From Octopus sinensis (Eukaryota), in the NCBI RefSeq assembly GCF_006345805.1, contig NW_021833460.1:1-64000 (forward strand): a stretch of 64,000 bases of DNA. The letters run 5' to 3'. A program made the position numbers and the translations under genes. Below the pieces are notes generated by a model that was given only the letters and a program-made list of their open reading frames with translations, was not told the origin of the DNA and searched no databases. Shown here one piece after another: positions 12,267 through 26,104 of this stretch; position 1 is the stretch's first letter; every line of letters begins with the position of its first letter.

Positions 12267-13212
12267 TATATATATATATTTATACACAGAGAGGTAGAGA
12301 GAGAGAGAGAGAAAGGAAGATAGCGGAAAGACAAAGAGAGAGAGAGAGAAATCTCGTATGTTTTGTTACACGAAGGTTTCTCTTCTTTATTACTCTCCTC
12401 CCATATGTCTATCCTATTTTCTGAAGAAGAGCCTCAGCTCGAAATATCTAAGAGGATTCCACTTTGTCTTTCTTTTTCCTTCCTACTAAAAATTATATTT
12501 TTAAATTTAATTTTATCTCTTGCGTTGGTATAGTATGCGTAAAAAATTGTTATAAATAGATAAAAAGATGAGTAAATATACATACATACATACATACATA
12601 CATATATCAGGGACGTGCTGCCTAGGTAGGCAAGATATGCAGTACCTACCTTTAATTAAATAGACCCATGGCAGCATTTTCCTCTCATAGCAAAATATGC
12701 ACCTAATTCGATAAAAGTTTAAAAGTTAGTCAGATTATTATCCTTAAAATGCAAAATGTTTTATTTTCTTGTAGATTAGGTAGGCATAATGCGCCTCTGC
12801 CCTTTTAATCTAAGTATTTAAGCTACGTTTAGTAATGCCGTAGTACACTTCTGCGTACATTTCTACAACACTATTTTCTTTACGTGCTATTAAGGCAGAT
12901 ATAAATGTACCTACAGTTCAGTCGAGTGCCTCTGTTTCGCTTATTTTTGTGTGCTTTACTATATAGATTTACTAACTGCCTACGGTTGGTAAAAAACACC
13001 AATCGAGAATTCCTTTTACTGACATCAATCTCGGCAATTTCCGTCGACTAATCAGGAAGGACTGGCTCGACATCGATAGCTTCCGAGCTTCATTCTGCGT
13101 CAGAATATATATTTTCTCCATAAACATCTATGGTTGATTTACCGAATTCCTAAAGTATATACAGAAAATTAATATAGACAGCAGTGTGCAATGTTTTACC
13201 AAAAGGAAAACC

Positions 13213-13380
13213 TATAATTGTCACTAAATGTGACTAAGGTATTAGAAACGCCTACATTGCTAGAAATAACAGCTAATATGCTTTAATACTGTAGTCGAAG
13301 CATATACATACATATTTTAGCTCTTATTTCTAGCAATGTACGTATTTTTAACACCCTAGTTACATTTTGTAGCAACTATA
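13213..13380. mobile_element. MITE-like foldback element
   Basis: Imperfect ~68-bp inverted arms (TACATTGCTAGAAATAACAGCTAA / TTAGCTCTTATTTCTAGCAATGTA). The left arm and its upstream flank are homologous to ~60240-60355. Confidence 0.65.
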
Positions 13381-13452
13381 TGCATGTATATATATACTTA
13401 TATATATATATGTATGTATATATATTTATATATGTATGTGTGTATGTATATG

Positions 13453-13525
<73 letters not shown>

Positions 13526-13952
13526 CTATATATATATATATAATACATGCATATATGCACATACACATTTATATACAAATACACATATATGTATGCAAGC
13601 ACCATGACGTATGCATGCATACACTAATATATTTGCCTTTCTGATTATCTCTCCACTCGTCAACAATTATGTTATTTCCTCTTACTTTCTCTTCTACTCT
13701 CTCCAGTATGATTCGCTGTCTCTCATCCCAAATAACACATATCTCCCTTTATTAAATAACCTCTGTGAAAGAATTTTTAAAAACATAACCTATCTGTCTT
13801 TTGGACTGTTTAATTATGCATGCCTGCACGCCTGCATGAATTTATGTATGTATGTATCTCTGTATGTACGTATATATCTATTTATTTATCGATCTATCCT
13901 CTTCTCTCTCTCTCCCTCTCTCTCTCTTCACACACACACATATATGTATATG

Positions 13953-13992
<40 letters not shown>

Positions 13993-14026
13993 TATATATA
14001 TACATATATACCATACCACACATAAT

Positions 14027-14057
<31 letters not shown>

Positions 14058-14866
14058 ATATATATATATATATATACACATATATATCTGTGTCTATCTA
14101 CCTATCTATATATTATTTATCTATCAAATATCTATCTCGCTATTTATCTATCTTTCTATCATTCTGTCTATATATATATATATATATATATTTCTTCCTA
14201 TCTGTCTCTATCCATTACTCCATCACTCTCACTACATCTCCCACCACATCTCTCCAAGCGCCACTTCCCACGTAATATCACACACTAATAGGTCTCTAAT
14301 GACACTGCTCGATAAATAACTCGTTTGGTATTAATTCCTTTTCCGAAGAATTCCCACCCATTCTATGATTGATTACTACAATTTGGTCCCATATATTTCT
14401 ATATTGACCCTTTCCTAACTGTTTTCATTTATGAAAAATGTGATCTTTACAGTAAAACGACAGAAAACAAAAATGGATGTATAAATATGTTTTCTTACGC
14501 ATATAATCACGCATGCGTAATGGGTAACAGGAATGTAGGCACCTATTCATGTTGGTGTATACCCCAAACCTAACATTTAATATTTTTCGCTTTCAATATA
14601 TCTCTGTCTCTCTGTCTCCCTCTCTCCCTCACTTCCTCACAGTCTCTCTCTCTCTCTCTCGCTCTCTCTCACTCACTCTTTTTCTCTTATACTCTCTCTC
14701 TCTCTCTCTCTCACTCTATTTCTCTCTCTCGCATGATTGTTTCTTTTTTTTTCTCTATATATCAGTTCCTTGCTTTCTGTATTTCACAGCAGTTATTTAT
14801 TTGTCTTTAACTCTTATTATATTTGCTCACATTCCAACATATATTTCCCTATACACTCACATACAA

Positions 14867-14930
<64 letters not shown>

Positions 14931-15415
14931 CATACATATATATATTATACATATATATGTGTACTAATCTATACATATATATATACGGACATGTTATGTG
15001 AGTTAATACATTACATATAATAAATTACATATAAGTATGCATGTATGTATGTATGTATCTATGTTGGTGTATATGTATGTGTGTGTGTATGAGTGTATGT
15101 TTCTGTATCAGCGTCAATATACACAAACACTTGATTCCTGTGTGTTCATCGCAATGTATTTAAGACAATTGCTTCATTGATTACCTGTATCCATTGAGCA
15201 TTGATCAACCTTATTGACTTCAAACGCACTTCATTTTCTCTCTCCCTTTCCGCCCCCTCTCTCTCTCTATATATATATATATCACATGTGCATGTAAATA
15301 TATATGCGTATGTGTATGGATTTATACAGCTATAGATTCATATATGTATATATATGTATAGTGTATATATATGTATATTATATAGTATGTATATATATGA
15401 GTGTGTGTGTGTATA

Positions 15416-15493
<78 letters not shown>

Positions 15494-16056
15494 TCATACA
15501 CACATACATATATATCATGTATATATAGTAACAAGCCGATAATATTTAATGTATTGCAGGTTATCAATATTAGTTTTGTTTAATATTTAATGCAGCAGGT
15601 TCGGCTGTAACTTAATCGAAGTCAAAACTTGTTCAAATATCTCTCTTATTTGCTTCATAATTTATTTTTTTCTTCTTGATATTCTTTACCGTTAGAAATA
15701 TCAAAATTTGTATTTGTTTTATTGGGGTTATTTTCCCTGATTATACATTCATAGGTCTCTCTCAGCATTTCTTTCTCCTCGTCACAAATGTCCGGTTGCC
15801 CATAGCCTGGAAACTTCGGTTACTACCTGACCAAATGGAATAAAATATTCGGGAAGTGTCGAAATTACAATATTTGATCGTCAACTATTGAGGCGTTTTA
15901 GCGGGTTTGCGTCTGTTGTGGTCTTTACGTTTTATTTGATATTTTAAAGCTTTATTCATTAACTTCTTTTTTGGCCTCAGCTCAGTTTTATGATATTTTC
16001 ACACGCACACACATACATACATATATATACATATACATTTTTTATAGGTTTCCATC

Positions 16057-16185
<129 letters not shown>

Positions 16186-16386
16186 ATATATATATATATA
16201 TATACAATATATATATACATAAGGTACATATATATATAGGGTGGCGAATACTCGTTATAAATATCAACACCAGTGACCTCGCATGTATAAAAAGTCATAG
16301 ACAACATATTCGTATTTCAAATAGAAATATTACCTTTAATTACGAATATGTTGAAATACGAATAGTTTTGTAATTTTATATATATA

Positions 16387-16419
<33 letters not shown>

Positions 16420-16425
<6 letters not shown>

Positions 16426-16694
16426 TAAAGTGGGTAGAAATTGATATTAATCAATTAAATCCAGTGGCTTAGCATATATGGAGAATCCGAAGATTAAAAA
16501 TTATATTACATTCAAATTAAGAGGGATGACCACCACAGTGGATTTCTAATATGCTAAAGATAAATCGCCTTGCCACGAAGTGTACGTTCTGAGCGTTTGC
16601 TGAAATTTTCTTGTGAACACACTCTCCGTGGTAAGGCGATTTGACGTCTATCTTTAGAATATTAGGAATCCCCTTTGGTGGTCATTCCTCTTGA

Positions 16695-16700
<6 letters not shown>
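16420..16700. repeat. Second, more decayed member of the 1790-2030 foldback family
   Basis: Shared leader (CCAGTGG..TAGCATATA) and imperfect inverted arms ATGACCACC...AATCGCCTTGCCACG / CGTGGTAAGGCGATT...GGTGGTCAT. Confidence 0.6.
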
Positions 16701-16734
<34 letters not shown>

Positions 16735-16741
16735 TAGATAT

Positions 16742-16812
<71 letters not shown>

Positions 16813-17089
16813 CATACATACATATATACATACATACATACATACATACACACATACATACATACATCATACATACATATATTGAAACATGCATGTATAC
16901 ATGCACACAATCATACAGGTGCGCCACAACGTGGTGAAAATAAGCACTTGAATACTTCTAAGTTATTCTGCTACCTTCTATCCTGCGAGTTAGGTGTTTT
17001 TGAAAACATTGGTATAATTGCTTCTTGAAATAAAACGTCGAACTTGCAGAATTGGTATAACGCCATGTAAAATGCTTCAATGCATTTCA

Positions 17090-17200
17090 TGCGTGTTTAC
17101 GATTTGAGTTCAAATTCCGCAGAGGTCGAATTTGCATTTCAGCCTTTCGGGTTCAGTGTATGTAGTACCGGTTGAAATCTTAGGTCTATCTAATTGGCGT
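17090..17200 (+). mobile_element. SINE family C remnant
   Basis: GAGTTCAAATTCCGCAGAGGTCGAATTTGC matches the copies at 57121-57300 and 58356-58555. Confidence 0.6.
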
Positions 17201-17272
17201 TGTCCCAAAATTTTTTAACATATATTACTTTGTTCAAATAAATGCAGATTCTGAAAATATACAGAGGAGATA

Positions 17273-17667
17273 TATTAGGTTGTCCGGAAAGTTCGTGCCG
17301 ATTTATAGTAGCTTACAATTTCGATTTATTTTAGAACATGGTCGAGTCCATAAAATAGGATTTGACTACACCTCCATTTAGACCACTGTTTAAGCTATCT
17401 TTTCGTGGAAGAAGGTTTATGTTCCTATAACCTGTGTTAATTCTGTAACCCTTTAAATTGGGAGATCAGAAAGTTCATTTTCGGCACTTGATGCTTTGGG
17501 AACCAGACAAAAATTGCTACAGCTCGGTTGGGATCTGTTACTCCACCCTCCATATCCACCAGATATTGATCCTTCGGATTTCCACTTATTCAGGTCTCTG
17601 CAAAATAGTCTTAATGGTAAAAATTTGAATTCCTTGGATGACGTAAAAACTTTCCGGACAGCCCAAT
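17273..17667 (+). mobile_element. Internally deleted mariner element with both TIRs
   Basis: Left TA+TTAGGTTGTCCGGAAAGTT; right AACTTTCCGGACAGCCCAA. Internal peptide LLQLGWDLLLHPPYPPDIDPSDFHLFRSLQN corresponds to the mariner YSPDLAPSDFHLF motif. Confidence 0.85.
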
Positions 17668-18944
17668 TCATAGTTTTCTAAAATATCATTTACAAAATCT
17701 TATGGTTATATTGATTAATCCAAAACAGCAATAAAACTATGAATAGGAACTTTCAATTACTTCCATATTTCAGGCTTAGTGCATTGTCCTGTTTAACACC
17801 AGTCACTGGTCCTAATATTTAGTTAGCCATCTCCTCAGTGTTGCATGAATGTAGGTCACGTCTAGTTTTAAGATTAATTTACATATATAAAACTGTTGGT
17901 TCTTATTGTAGGAATTCTTAAATCATTGTTTATTCATTCTTTCGAGCCACGGAAATTATTGAATGTCTTGCCAAATGAAATAAATATGGGTCATTCACTT
18001 TTGTGTAAACTATGGAAAATGGCCATTGAAATCAAATCCGCATTGTCTGAAACATTCCTAAATTATCAGCCCAACTCATTTAGGTTAAGTATCAAGCGGT
18101 GTTTGTAAATCGTGTTTTATACCGGGAGGTTCGTTATGCCAAAAATACTAATAATACACGCACCGATTTTATTTCACGCTTTAAATTATATTTGTGAGTT
18201 GTTCCACTATTTATTTAACTAAGTGACAAAAATAATGAAGTGAAGTAGAAATATTGCGTATATCGTTTGTTGAATGACCCTGCTGTGATACAAGAAGGAA
18301 TGACTAAATCTTTTTCGAAAGATTTCATATGCTAAGATATCTAAGTGCGAGGTGAAAGCTCAGATTTGATTTAGAGGAGAACTAAAAGGATACGTATTTT
18401 GATGACAATACTAATACTTATAGCTTATTTCATCCTACAGGATATTTCTAAGACAAGCCTAATCAGGTGTTTGATTTTTATAGTTGGAAAGATATAGAAC
18501 TGTTACTCTTAACAAAATCAAATGAAAAATAAAAGAATCACGTAAATATGGATAAAAATTATCAAAGAAATTGCACACGTTGCATCAGCTGTGAGATCGT
18601 CACGTGATTGCAGATTATTGCGCTTCCATGTAGGAGCTAAGTTCATGGGTTGCACTTACGCTGTAATTGTGCGCTGCAGCGACCAAAAAAAGAAGAAAAA
18701 ACTGTGGTCGTTGTAACTCCAAACACGCTACATCCTTTCGGCGTTTATAGGAAAAGTAAAGAAATAAAGAAGACGTCTTCCTAACAATGACTACAAAATA
18801 ACAACAACCGTATATGAAAATAGCAGCGGACAAAATATAATAGACTATTATTATCGAACATGGCCCATAACTCCGCATCAAATTGAGACATCATCAATTT
18901 GTCTTAATCTCCCTCTATTATATTCAAGTAATAACAATAACAAC

Positions 18945-18947
18945 AGC

Positions 18948-18999
<52 letters not shown>

Positions 19000-19017
19000 T
19001 TAATAATAATAATAATA

Positions 19018-19061
<44 letters not shown>

Positions 19062-19083
19062 TAATAATAATAATAATAATATT

Positions 19084-19123
<40 letters not shown>

Positions 19124-19192
19124 TAATAATAATAGAATAATAAAATAATTAATAATAATAATAATAATAAATAATAATAATAATAATATAAT

Positions 19193-19235
<43 letters not shown>
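18945..19235 (+). repeat. Long (AAT)n microsatellite
   Basis: About 290 bp of AAT repeats, read directly. Confidence 0.95.
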
Positions 19236-19748
19236 GCGATAATAAAAATATAAATATGCGTTTTTATTCTCTACTTCAGCGCCTTTAGTAGAATACTATA
19301 TCTACACATGATATTTGTCTCGCAGTTTTTTTTTATTCTTTTCGATTTCCTTTCTCAACATATTTTTTAAACACACAGCCATACGCATATCTAGAGAGAA
19401 GCACGTATGTACGTACGAACAATTTGTCTCTATATATTTACCATTTAAATAAACGTCCGTATGTAAACTTTACATTATTTTCTTCGGTTTGAGAATCTTC
19501 CCCCACCAAAAAAAAAATTCTTTTAATTTCATATTTTTCCTCAAGGAAATATTCTTCTTTATATTCCATCTTTTTGATATATATGTATGTACACACACAC
19601 ACACACACACAAGAGTATATATATACATGGATAGATAAATAGATAGGTATACTCACACATTTATATGTCTCTATACATATATGTATATGCATGCATACAT
19701 ATATACATACACACATATATATATATATATATGCACACATACATATAG

Positions 19749-19787
<39 letters not shown>

Positions 19788-20284
19788 CATGAGTATATAG
19801 ATGTGTGTGTGTGTATATGTTTACATATGTATATATGTATGTATATATATATATGTCTATATATATATATAAGATTCATTCCTTAGCTTTTTTCTTCTTG
19901 TTTTTGTTTCCTCCTCCTGTTTTACATTCAGCAATTGTTTTGCTTCGTCATTTTAGCTGTTGTTTTTGTAGTTGTCGTCGAGGATGTTGTATTTTTCTTC
20001 TCCTTTTATTTCTATTTGTATTGTTTGCAAAGAAAATATATAAATCACACAATAAACTTGATAAAATATGTGACTAAACTGATTAACTACAGGTAATAAA
20101 TCTGTAAACATCATTCAAGGAATTGGAAAAAGGGAGAAAAAATTCTTACATATGTATAAGTGTATGTGTCTGTGTATATACATATACTCACATACTCTAT
20201 ACATACCATAACACATACCACACACACACACTACACAACACACACTATATATATATATATATATTATATATATGCAATATATAT

Positions 20285-20316
20285 GACACGTTAATGTATG
20301 TATATGTATATGCGTG

Positions 20317-20349
<33 letters not shown>

Positions 20350-20701
20350 TATATAAATACAAGCATACATATACGTATCATATATGAGTATATAAATATA
20401 TACATATATATATGTATATTGATAGACATAATATATATCTGTATATAGAACATCCGTAATAACCGTGTAAACACAATACATGCATACATGCATGCATACA
20501 TATATATATATATAATATATATATTATATATATATATATTATATATACACATATATATATATAGACAGATATGTATATGTATATATATACATGTACATAT
20601 ATATACATGTATATATGTATATATATATACACATATATATACATGCATGTGTATATATATATGCATATATATGTACACGTTAAGTATGTATATGTATATG
20701 C

Positions 20702-20736
<35 letters not shown>

Positions 20737-20909
20737 TATATATATAAATACAAGATACATATACGTATCATATATGAGTATATAAATATATACATATATA
20801 TATGTATATTGATAGACATAAATATAATCTGTATATAGAACATCCGTAATAACCGTGTAAACACAATACATGCATACATGCATGCATACATTATAATATA
20901 TATAATATA

Positions 20910-20949
<40 letters not shown>

Positions 20950-21065
20950 TATATTAGACAATATGATATGTATATATATACATGTACATATATATACAGT
21001 ATATATGTATTATATATACACATATATATACATGCATGTTGTATATATATGCATATATATATAAA
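20285..21065 (+). repeat. ~390-bp tandem duplication of a TA/CA-rich segment
   Basis: The anchor CATCCGTAATAACCGTGTAAACACAATAC occurs at 20451 and 20841. Confidence 0.8.
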
Positions 21066-21228
21066 TATCATGTATGCATACTTACAGATATACACGTATA
21101 TATATATATATATGTTTATATGTATAAATATATATATTGTATGCATATATATAGAGAAAGATAAATATACATATAAATATATACATACACATATGCATAT
21201 ATATATCTATATATTATAATATGTATAT

Positions 21229-21278
<50 letters not shown>

Positions 21279-22374
21279 TATATATATATTATTTAGATTA
21301 TATATGTATGTATGTATATCTACCATACATATCTACGTACGCACAAAGACATACATATACATAGAATGAAAAACTAAACACAATAATAATCGCCATGATG
21401 ATTATTGAAAGAGGAAAAGCCGATATATAAGCAAACAAATGTCACCCCCTCTTCTACTTCAATTTACAGATCCATCAATTAGCAAAATTTTACCAATTTT
21501 CTTTCGACTGGCCGTCCTAATTGCAATTTTTCACGTTCCTCTTTTGAATTGTGACTTTCTTCCCAATAATTCTTCGATTATTTTTGCTCTAAATTTAATA
21601 GCAATACTTCATGTTTGTGTTCCAGATTTGATAACCATTAATTATACGCATTTCTCTGTCGTATATTATTTCATAGAATTCTGGAAGCCTTGAGCTGGCT
21701 GCCCGTAATATTTCTCTGTGTTCAACATTTGATAGTAAATGTCTTTCACTGTGTTTTATATTTCTCAATCATACTCTCATATATGTGTTCGTGTGCGTGC
21801 CTCTGTGTGTGTGTGCGTGCGTGTGTGAGTGTGTGTGTGTGTGTGTGTTTGCGTGTGTGTGTGTGTGCGTGTGTGAGTGCGTGTAGATTTGTTTGTGCGT
21901 TTCTCTTTAGTTTATTCGCAATAATTCCTAGCGATCTACATTTTGACGTTATTTGGTGTCGATGTACGCATGTGCGTGTCCGGCTCTATACTTGCTTCCG
22001 TCTATCTTATCTCTATATATTGCAGGTTGCATAAAGTATTGTCAGTTTTTTGTGATCGTGTTAAGCTGTATACCGCTCCTTTCATGGTTTAACCTTGAGG
22101 GACTAAACTCTCTATACGAAGCTAGGGTCTCACTCTGATATATCGAGGGTCTATGAACATACTAACAGTACCACAGCCGTATAGATTTACAAGGGTGGAT
22201 AAAATAGGCACGAAGGTAACTTTCGTCCAACACACGAATGTAGCAGTATTTGTTATTGTCGTGGAGCGGTGGTTCCCAACCGAGGCCCGTATGACCCTTA
22301 AGTGTTCATATAAAATTTTGTCGCTATGATTCATATGCAATAAACTGTTTATACTTCCACAATTACTACGACAC

Positions 22375-22740
22375 TCCATCAATCACGTCCACGAGGGTTT
22401 TATTCGATCCAATCAGCGGAACAGCCTGCTTGTGAAATTAACGGGCAAGTGGCTGAGCGCTCCACAGACACGTGTATCTCTTAACGTAGTTCTCGGGGAG
22501 ATTCAACGTGACACAAAGTGTAACAAGGCTGGCCCTTTGAAATACAAGTACAGCAGAAGCAGGAAGAAAGAGTGAGAGAAATTTGTGGTGAAAGAGTACA
22601 GCAGGATTCGCTAGCACCTCGTGGAGATTTAAGTGTCTTCGCTCAATAAACACTCACGACGCCCGGTCTGGGAATCGAAAATGCGATCCTACGACCGCAA
22701 GTTCGCTGTCCTAACCACTGGCCCATTGCGCCCCCACCTC
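22375..22740 (-). mobile_element. tRNA-derived SINE family B
   Basis: Minus-strand head GGCGCAATGGGCCAGTGGTTAGGACAGCG...TTCGATTCCCAGACCGGGCG; matches 44870-45070. Confidence 0.8.
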
Positions 22741-23334
22741 ACAATATACCAGATATTTCAACGACTTTTAAATAAAGCTCCTAATAATATTTAATTATAA
22801 ATATGCTGTAGGTTTTTGCTTTAAAAAAAACCATTGAATGACTGCATAAAATGTCCACCCGCATAAAATAATAATCAAAGGGATCTATAGTCAAAAAATG
22901 GTTGAGGCTCACTCTTTTGAAGTCTGACTTAGAAATACCTGCATCCGGTTCTCCCCCCATCACCAGCAGCGCTCTCTCTGTTTCAGACATAAAAGGCTTC
23001 GCTTTCCTCACACAAAGGAGCTGGAGCCCATCGAACTCCTTTCCATGCGTGCGATGTCTTCTTAATTTAGTTTAAAGTTAGCCTGGTTTAGGTTCAACAT
23101 GAAGTATTCCTCCCGAAACGCTAGACGCATGCCATTTACTTACGATTGCTTTACTATTCAAAATCTCTGCGAACTTTTAAGGCATATCAGTAAGACATTG
23201 AGGAAAAGCATGTCAGATAAAAGGAGTACCAGACCTACTTACTTTATCCGAATCTCTGCACGTAGCACAGTCTCATGGTGTGGTGGGCGGTCGCACGTCA
23301 AGTTTTTTTTTAGAAGGCTCTATGGATAGACACC

Positions 23335-23610
23335 ATGGAGGCACGGTCGAGGGATCGCGGGTTCAAATCTCAGACCGGGGGATGTGTATGTTTATGAGCG
23401 AAACACCTAAGCTCTACGCGGTTCTAGCAGAAGGTAATGGCGAACTTCTGCTGACACTTTCCCCACAAATTTCTCTTACTCTTTCCTCCTGCATCTTGCA
23501 GCTCACCTGCGACGGACCGGCGTCCCGTCTAGCTGGGGAACCTATACCACCAAGGAAACCGGGAAACCGGCCCTTATGAGCCAGGCGGGGCTCGAGAAGG
23601 AACTAACAAA
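23335..23610 (+). mobile_element. SINE family B-like copy
   Basis: GGATCGCGGGTTCAAATCTCAGACCGGG...GAGCGAAACACCTAAGCTCTACG matches the family B head and body. Confidence 0.7.
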
Positions 23611-23889
23611 AACATGGATAGACGCCTAAATAATGAAACGCGTCTGTTCCACGCAAGACAGTAGAGAAAATACTCCAGTCTTGTCTGACAAGCAAAGAAG
23701 TAGGGCATAATGGTTGGGAAATAACTTATGGTGGAGACGTTGAGGGTGTTCGCCTCCTCGCCTCGACTTTTGAGAGATAAATACTGCACGTATTTCTGTA
23801 AAATGTTAGTCATAATTGTAATGTTCATCCTTTGGAGACTTGTACGAAAGAAACCAAAATCTTAATGTACGGAAACAGGATTGGTTTCG

Positions 23890-24060
23890 AGCTTTGGCAC
23901 AGAGCCATCAATTTTTTTGAATAGGGCGTGGAGGCTAAGTCGATCACATCGACCCCATCCCCAGTACGCACGTGAAATGAAGTGTTTTGCTCAAGAACAC
24001 AATGCGCAGCCTCTTTGAAAATCGAACCTACGATCTCACGATCGAGTGTGCAACACTGGG
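23890..24060 (-). mobile_element. SINE fragment
   Basis: Minus strand ATCGTAGGTTCGATTTTC (B-box-like) and TTGTGTTCTTGAGCAAAACACTTCATTTCACG, as in the 365-620 copy. Confidence 0.55.
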
Positions 24061-24622
24061 CCAGACTCCTGCACACACACACACATTCACACCCACGTAC
24101 ACATGCGCGCACAACATGTATTGTTGCTTTATATGGTATAATACAATGAAAGAAGCCAGTTTCAGGCATACTGTTAATCGCAGTATTTCACTCCCGGTTT
24201 CGTTTCTTAGAAATATAAATTAGATATAATACCCAGCTACGTTGCCGTATATTAAGCTTTTGGGTTCTTCCGTACAAGTTTCCAGCGGATGAACACAAGC
24301 TAAAAACAGTAGTGAGATATCAAACATATGAACCTGATAGATTTTCTTCCCCGCTAACTTAAATCTAATATCTTAACTAGATTTCGAAACTACATCACAA
24401 ACTTCGGGTTACTGTCTTCTCAACGATGCAGACATGCATATAATTGCATATGAGATAAGAGAGTTCAATACATACCGTAGAGAATACATTCTGTTCATAG
24501 AAGATAAGTTTTATCTCGCATCAGAAGATTAGAAGTTTCGTGTTACTGAAATCTGCAGGCAGGAATTGAAGATCGCAGTCGTGCGATTCTACTTTGAATT
24601 TAAACTAACGCCTTCTCCCAGC

Positions 24623-24673
<51 letters not shown>

Positions 24674-25026
24674 GAATACACACACACACGCTCTCTCTCT
24701 CTCTCTCTCTCTCGATATGCATTATCGTCTCTCTGTATGCTGAATTCCATGATTAAAGATGTGATTTTTCTCTATCCATATTTTTGTTGTCTAATACTTT
24801 GAAGTTCTCGAAATTTGTCTAAATGATATTTCGATCTCTTTCTCTTTCTCTTTTCCTTGTTTCAGTCATTTGACTATGGCCATGCTGGAGCACCGCCTAA
24901 CTTGGATGTGCATTCCACTTCTATTTACTGGTGTTTGATTGCTTGAAATAGTTAACTAAATTAGTTTAAAACTAAGTGTTTTATTGTTATCTTCCTGGAT
25001 ATCTTAATTCCGGTGTTTTCTTCTGG

Positions 25027-25094
<68 letters not shown>

Positions 25095-25162
25095 ATCTAC
25101 ACATACACACACACATGCACACACTCACGCACACAAACACACACACACGCGCACACACACAC

Positions 25163-25251
<89 letters not shown>

Positions 25252-26018
25252 GTGTGTGTATCTACACATACACACACACATGCACACACTCACGCACACA
25301 AACACACACACACGCGCACACACACACGTATATATATATATATATATATATATGTATTATATATATATATATATATACTTAATCAAAGGACATACTTAGT
25401 ATGTTTACCTGCTGGAAATAACAGTCAAAACGCTTATTTCAGTCGCCAAAAATACACTTATAATAACTACAGAAATCAACCGTCCGGAGGTAAACGGGCA
25501 ATGGCAATCTCTCAGCCTACATTGAAGTATTTGGAATCACGTGGACCGGTTTCTGGACTGGCATAATAGCCTCACCCCCACTCAACACGCGTTATCATGA
25601 GGAGATCCCCAACCCGTCGCGTTGAAGCCTGCGCTGCGACTGATTCGTTTTGCGCCGAATCCTGGCAGCCACCAGTATGAAAATAATTTTGATATGGCGC
25701 GAATAATTCACGAGAAAAAATATTAATCCACGAGAAGTTATTTCTGAGGAGATCATTGACTCTATTATTATCTAGTGTAAGTTGTATATATGTATATATA
25801 TATATATGTATTATAAATAGATGTGTGTATTTTTACCTTGTTAACAATTAACACGGAAAAAAAAAAATAAATAGTTACCAGGGCAGCAAAAATCCCACAA
25901 GTAAAGGTGTTGTAACACCTTGTTTATAAAGGTAGAAACTTCGTGTTTACGTGGAGTATTTTGAATAATATATGAATAAATAAATGGTGTTTAACGCAGG
26001 TGTAAATCAAATATTTTT

Positions 26019-26104
26019 ACATTCGACACATGTTTCGAAAATTCCACTGATACTATTCAAAAGAATAAATGGTATAAACAATGCAATCTTCTCTTCAGGA
26101 AAGT
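26019..26104 (-). ncRNA. Minimal type I hammerhead ribozyme associated with a Penelope-like element
   Basis: Minus strand ACUUUC-CUGAAGA-GAAGAUU-(41-nt loop)-AAUUUUC-GAAAC-AUGU-GUC^GAAUGU. The core CUGANGA/GAAA/GUC is intact; stem II has 7 bp, stem I pairs 5 of 6 bp, and stem III contains the palindrome ACAUGU. Confidence 0.75.

Noticed and set aside
18615-18881. 88-aa minus-strand ORF with a hydrophobic stretch, superficially like GPCR TM5-TM6
   Set aside because: No diagnostic motif, no convincing splice sites and no neighbouring TM exons. AT-rich DNA readily yields hydrophobic ORFs.
25585-25670. GC-rich patch with a minus-strand donor GGG|GTGAGG and one open frame (DSAQNESVAAQASTRRVGDLLMITRVEWG)
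   Set aside because: The acceptor lacks a pyrimidine tract and the peptide is unrecognised; not enough for an exon call.
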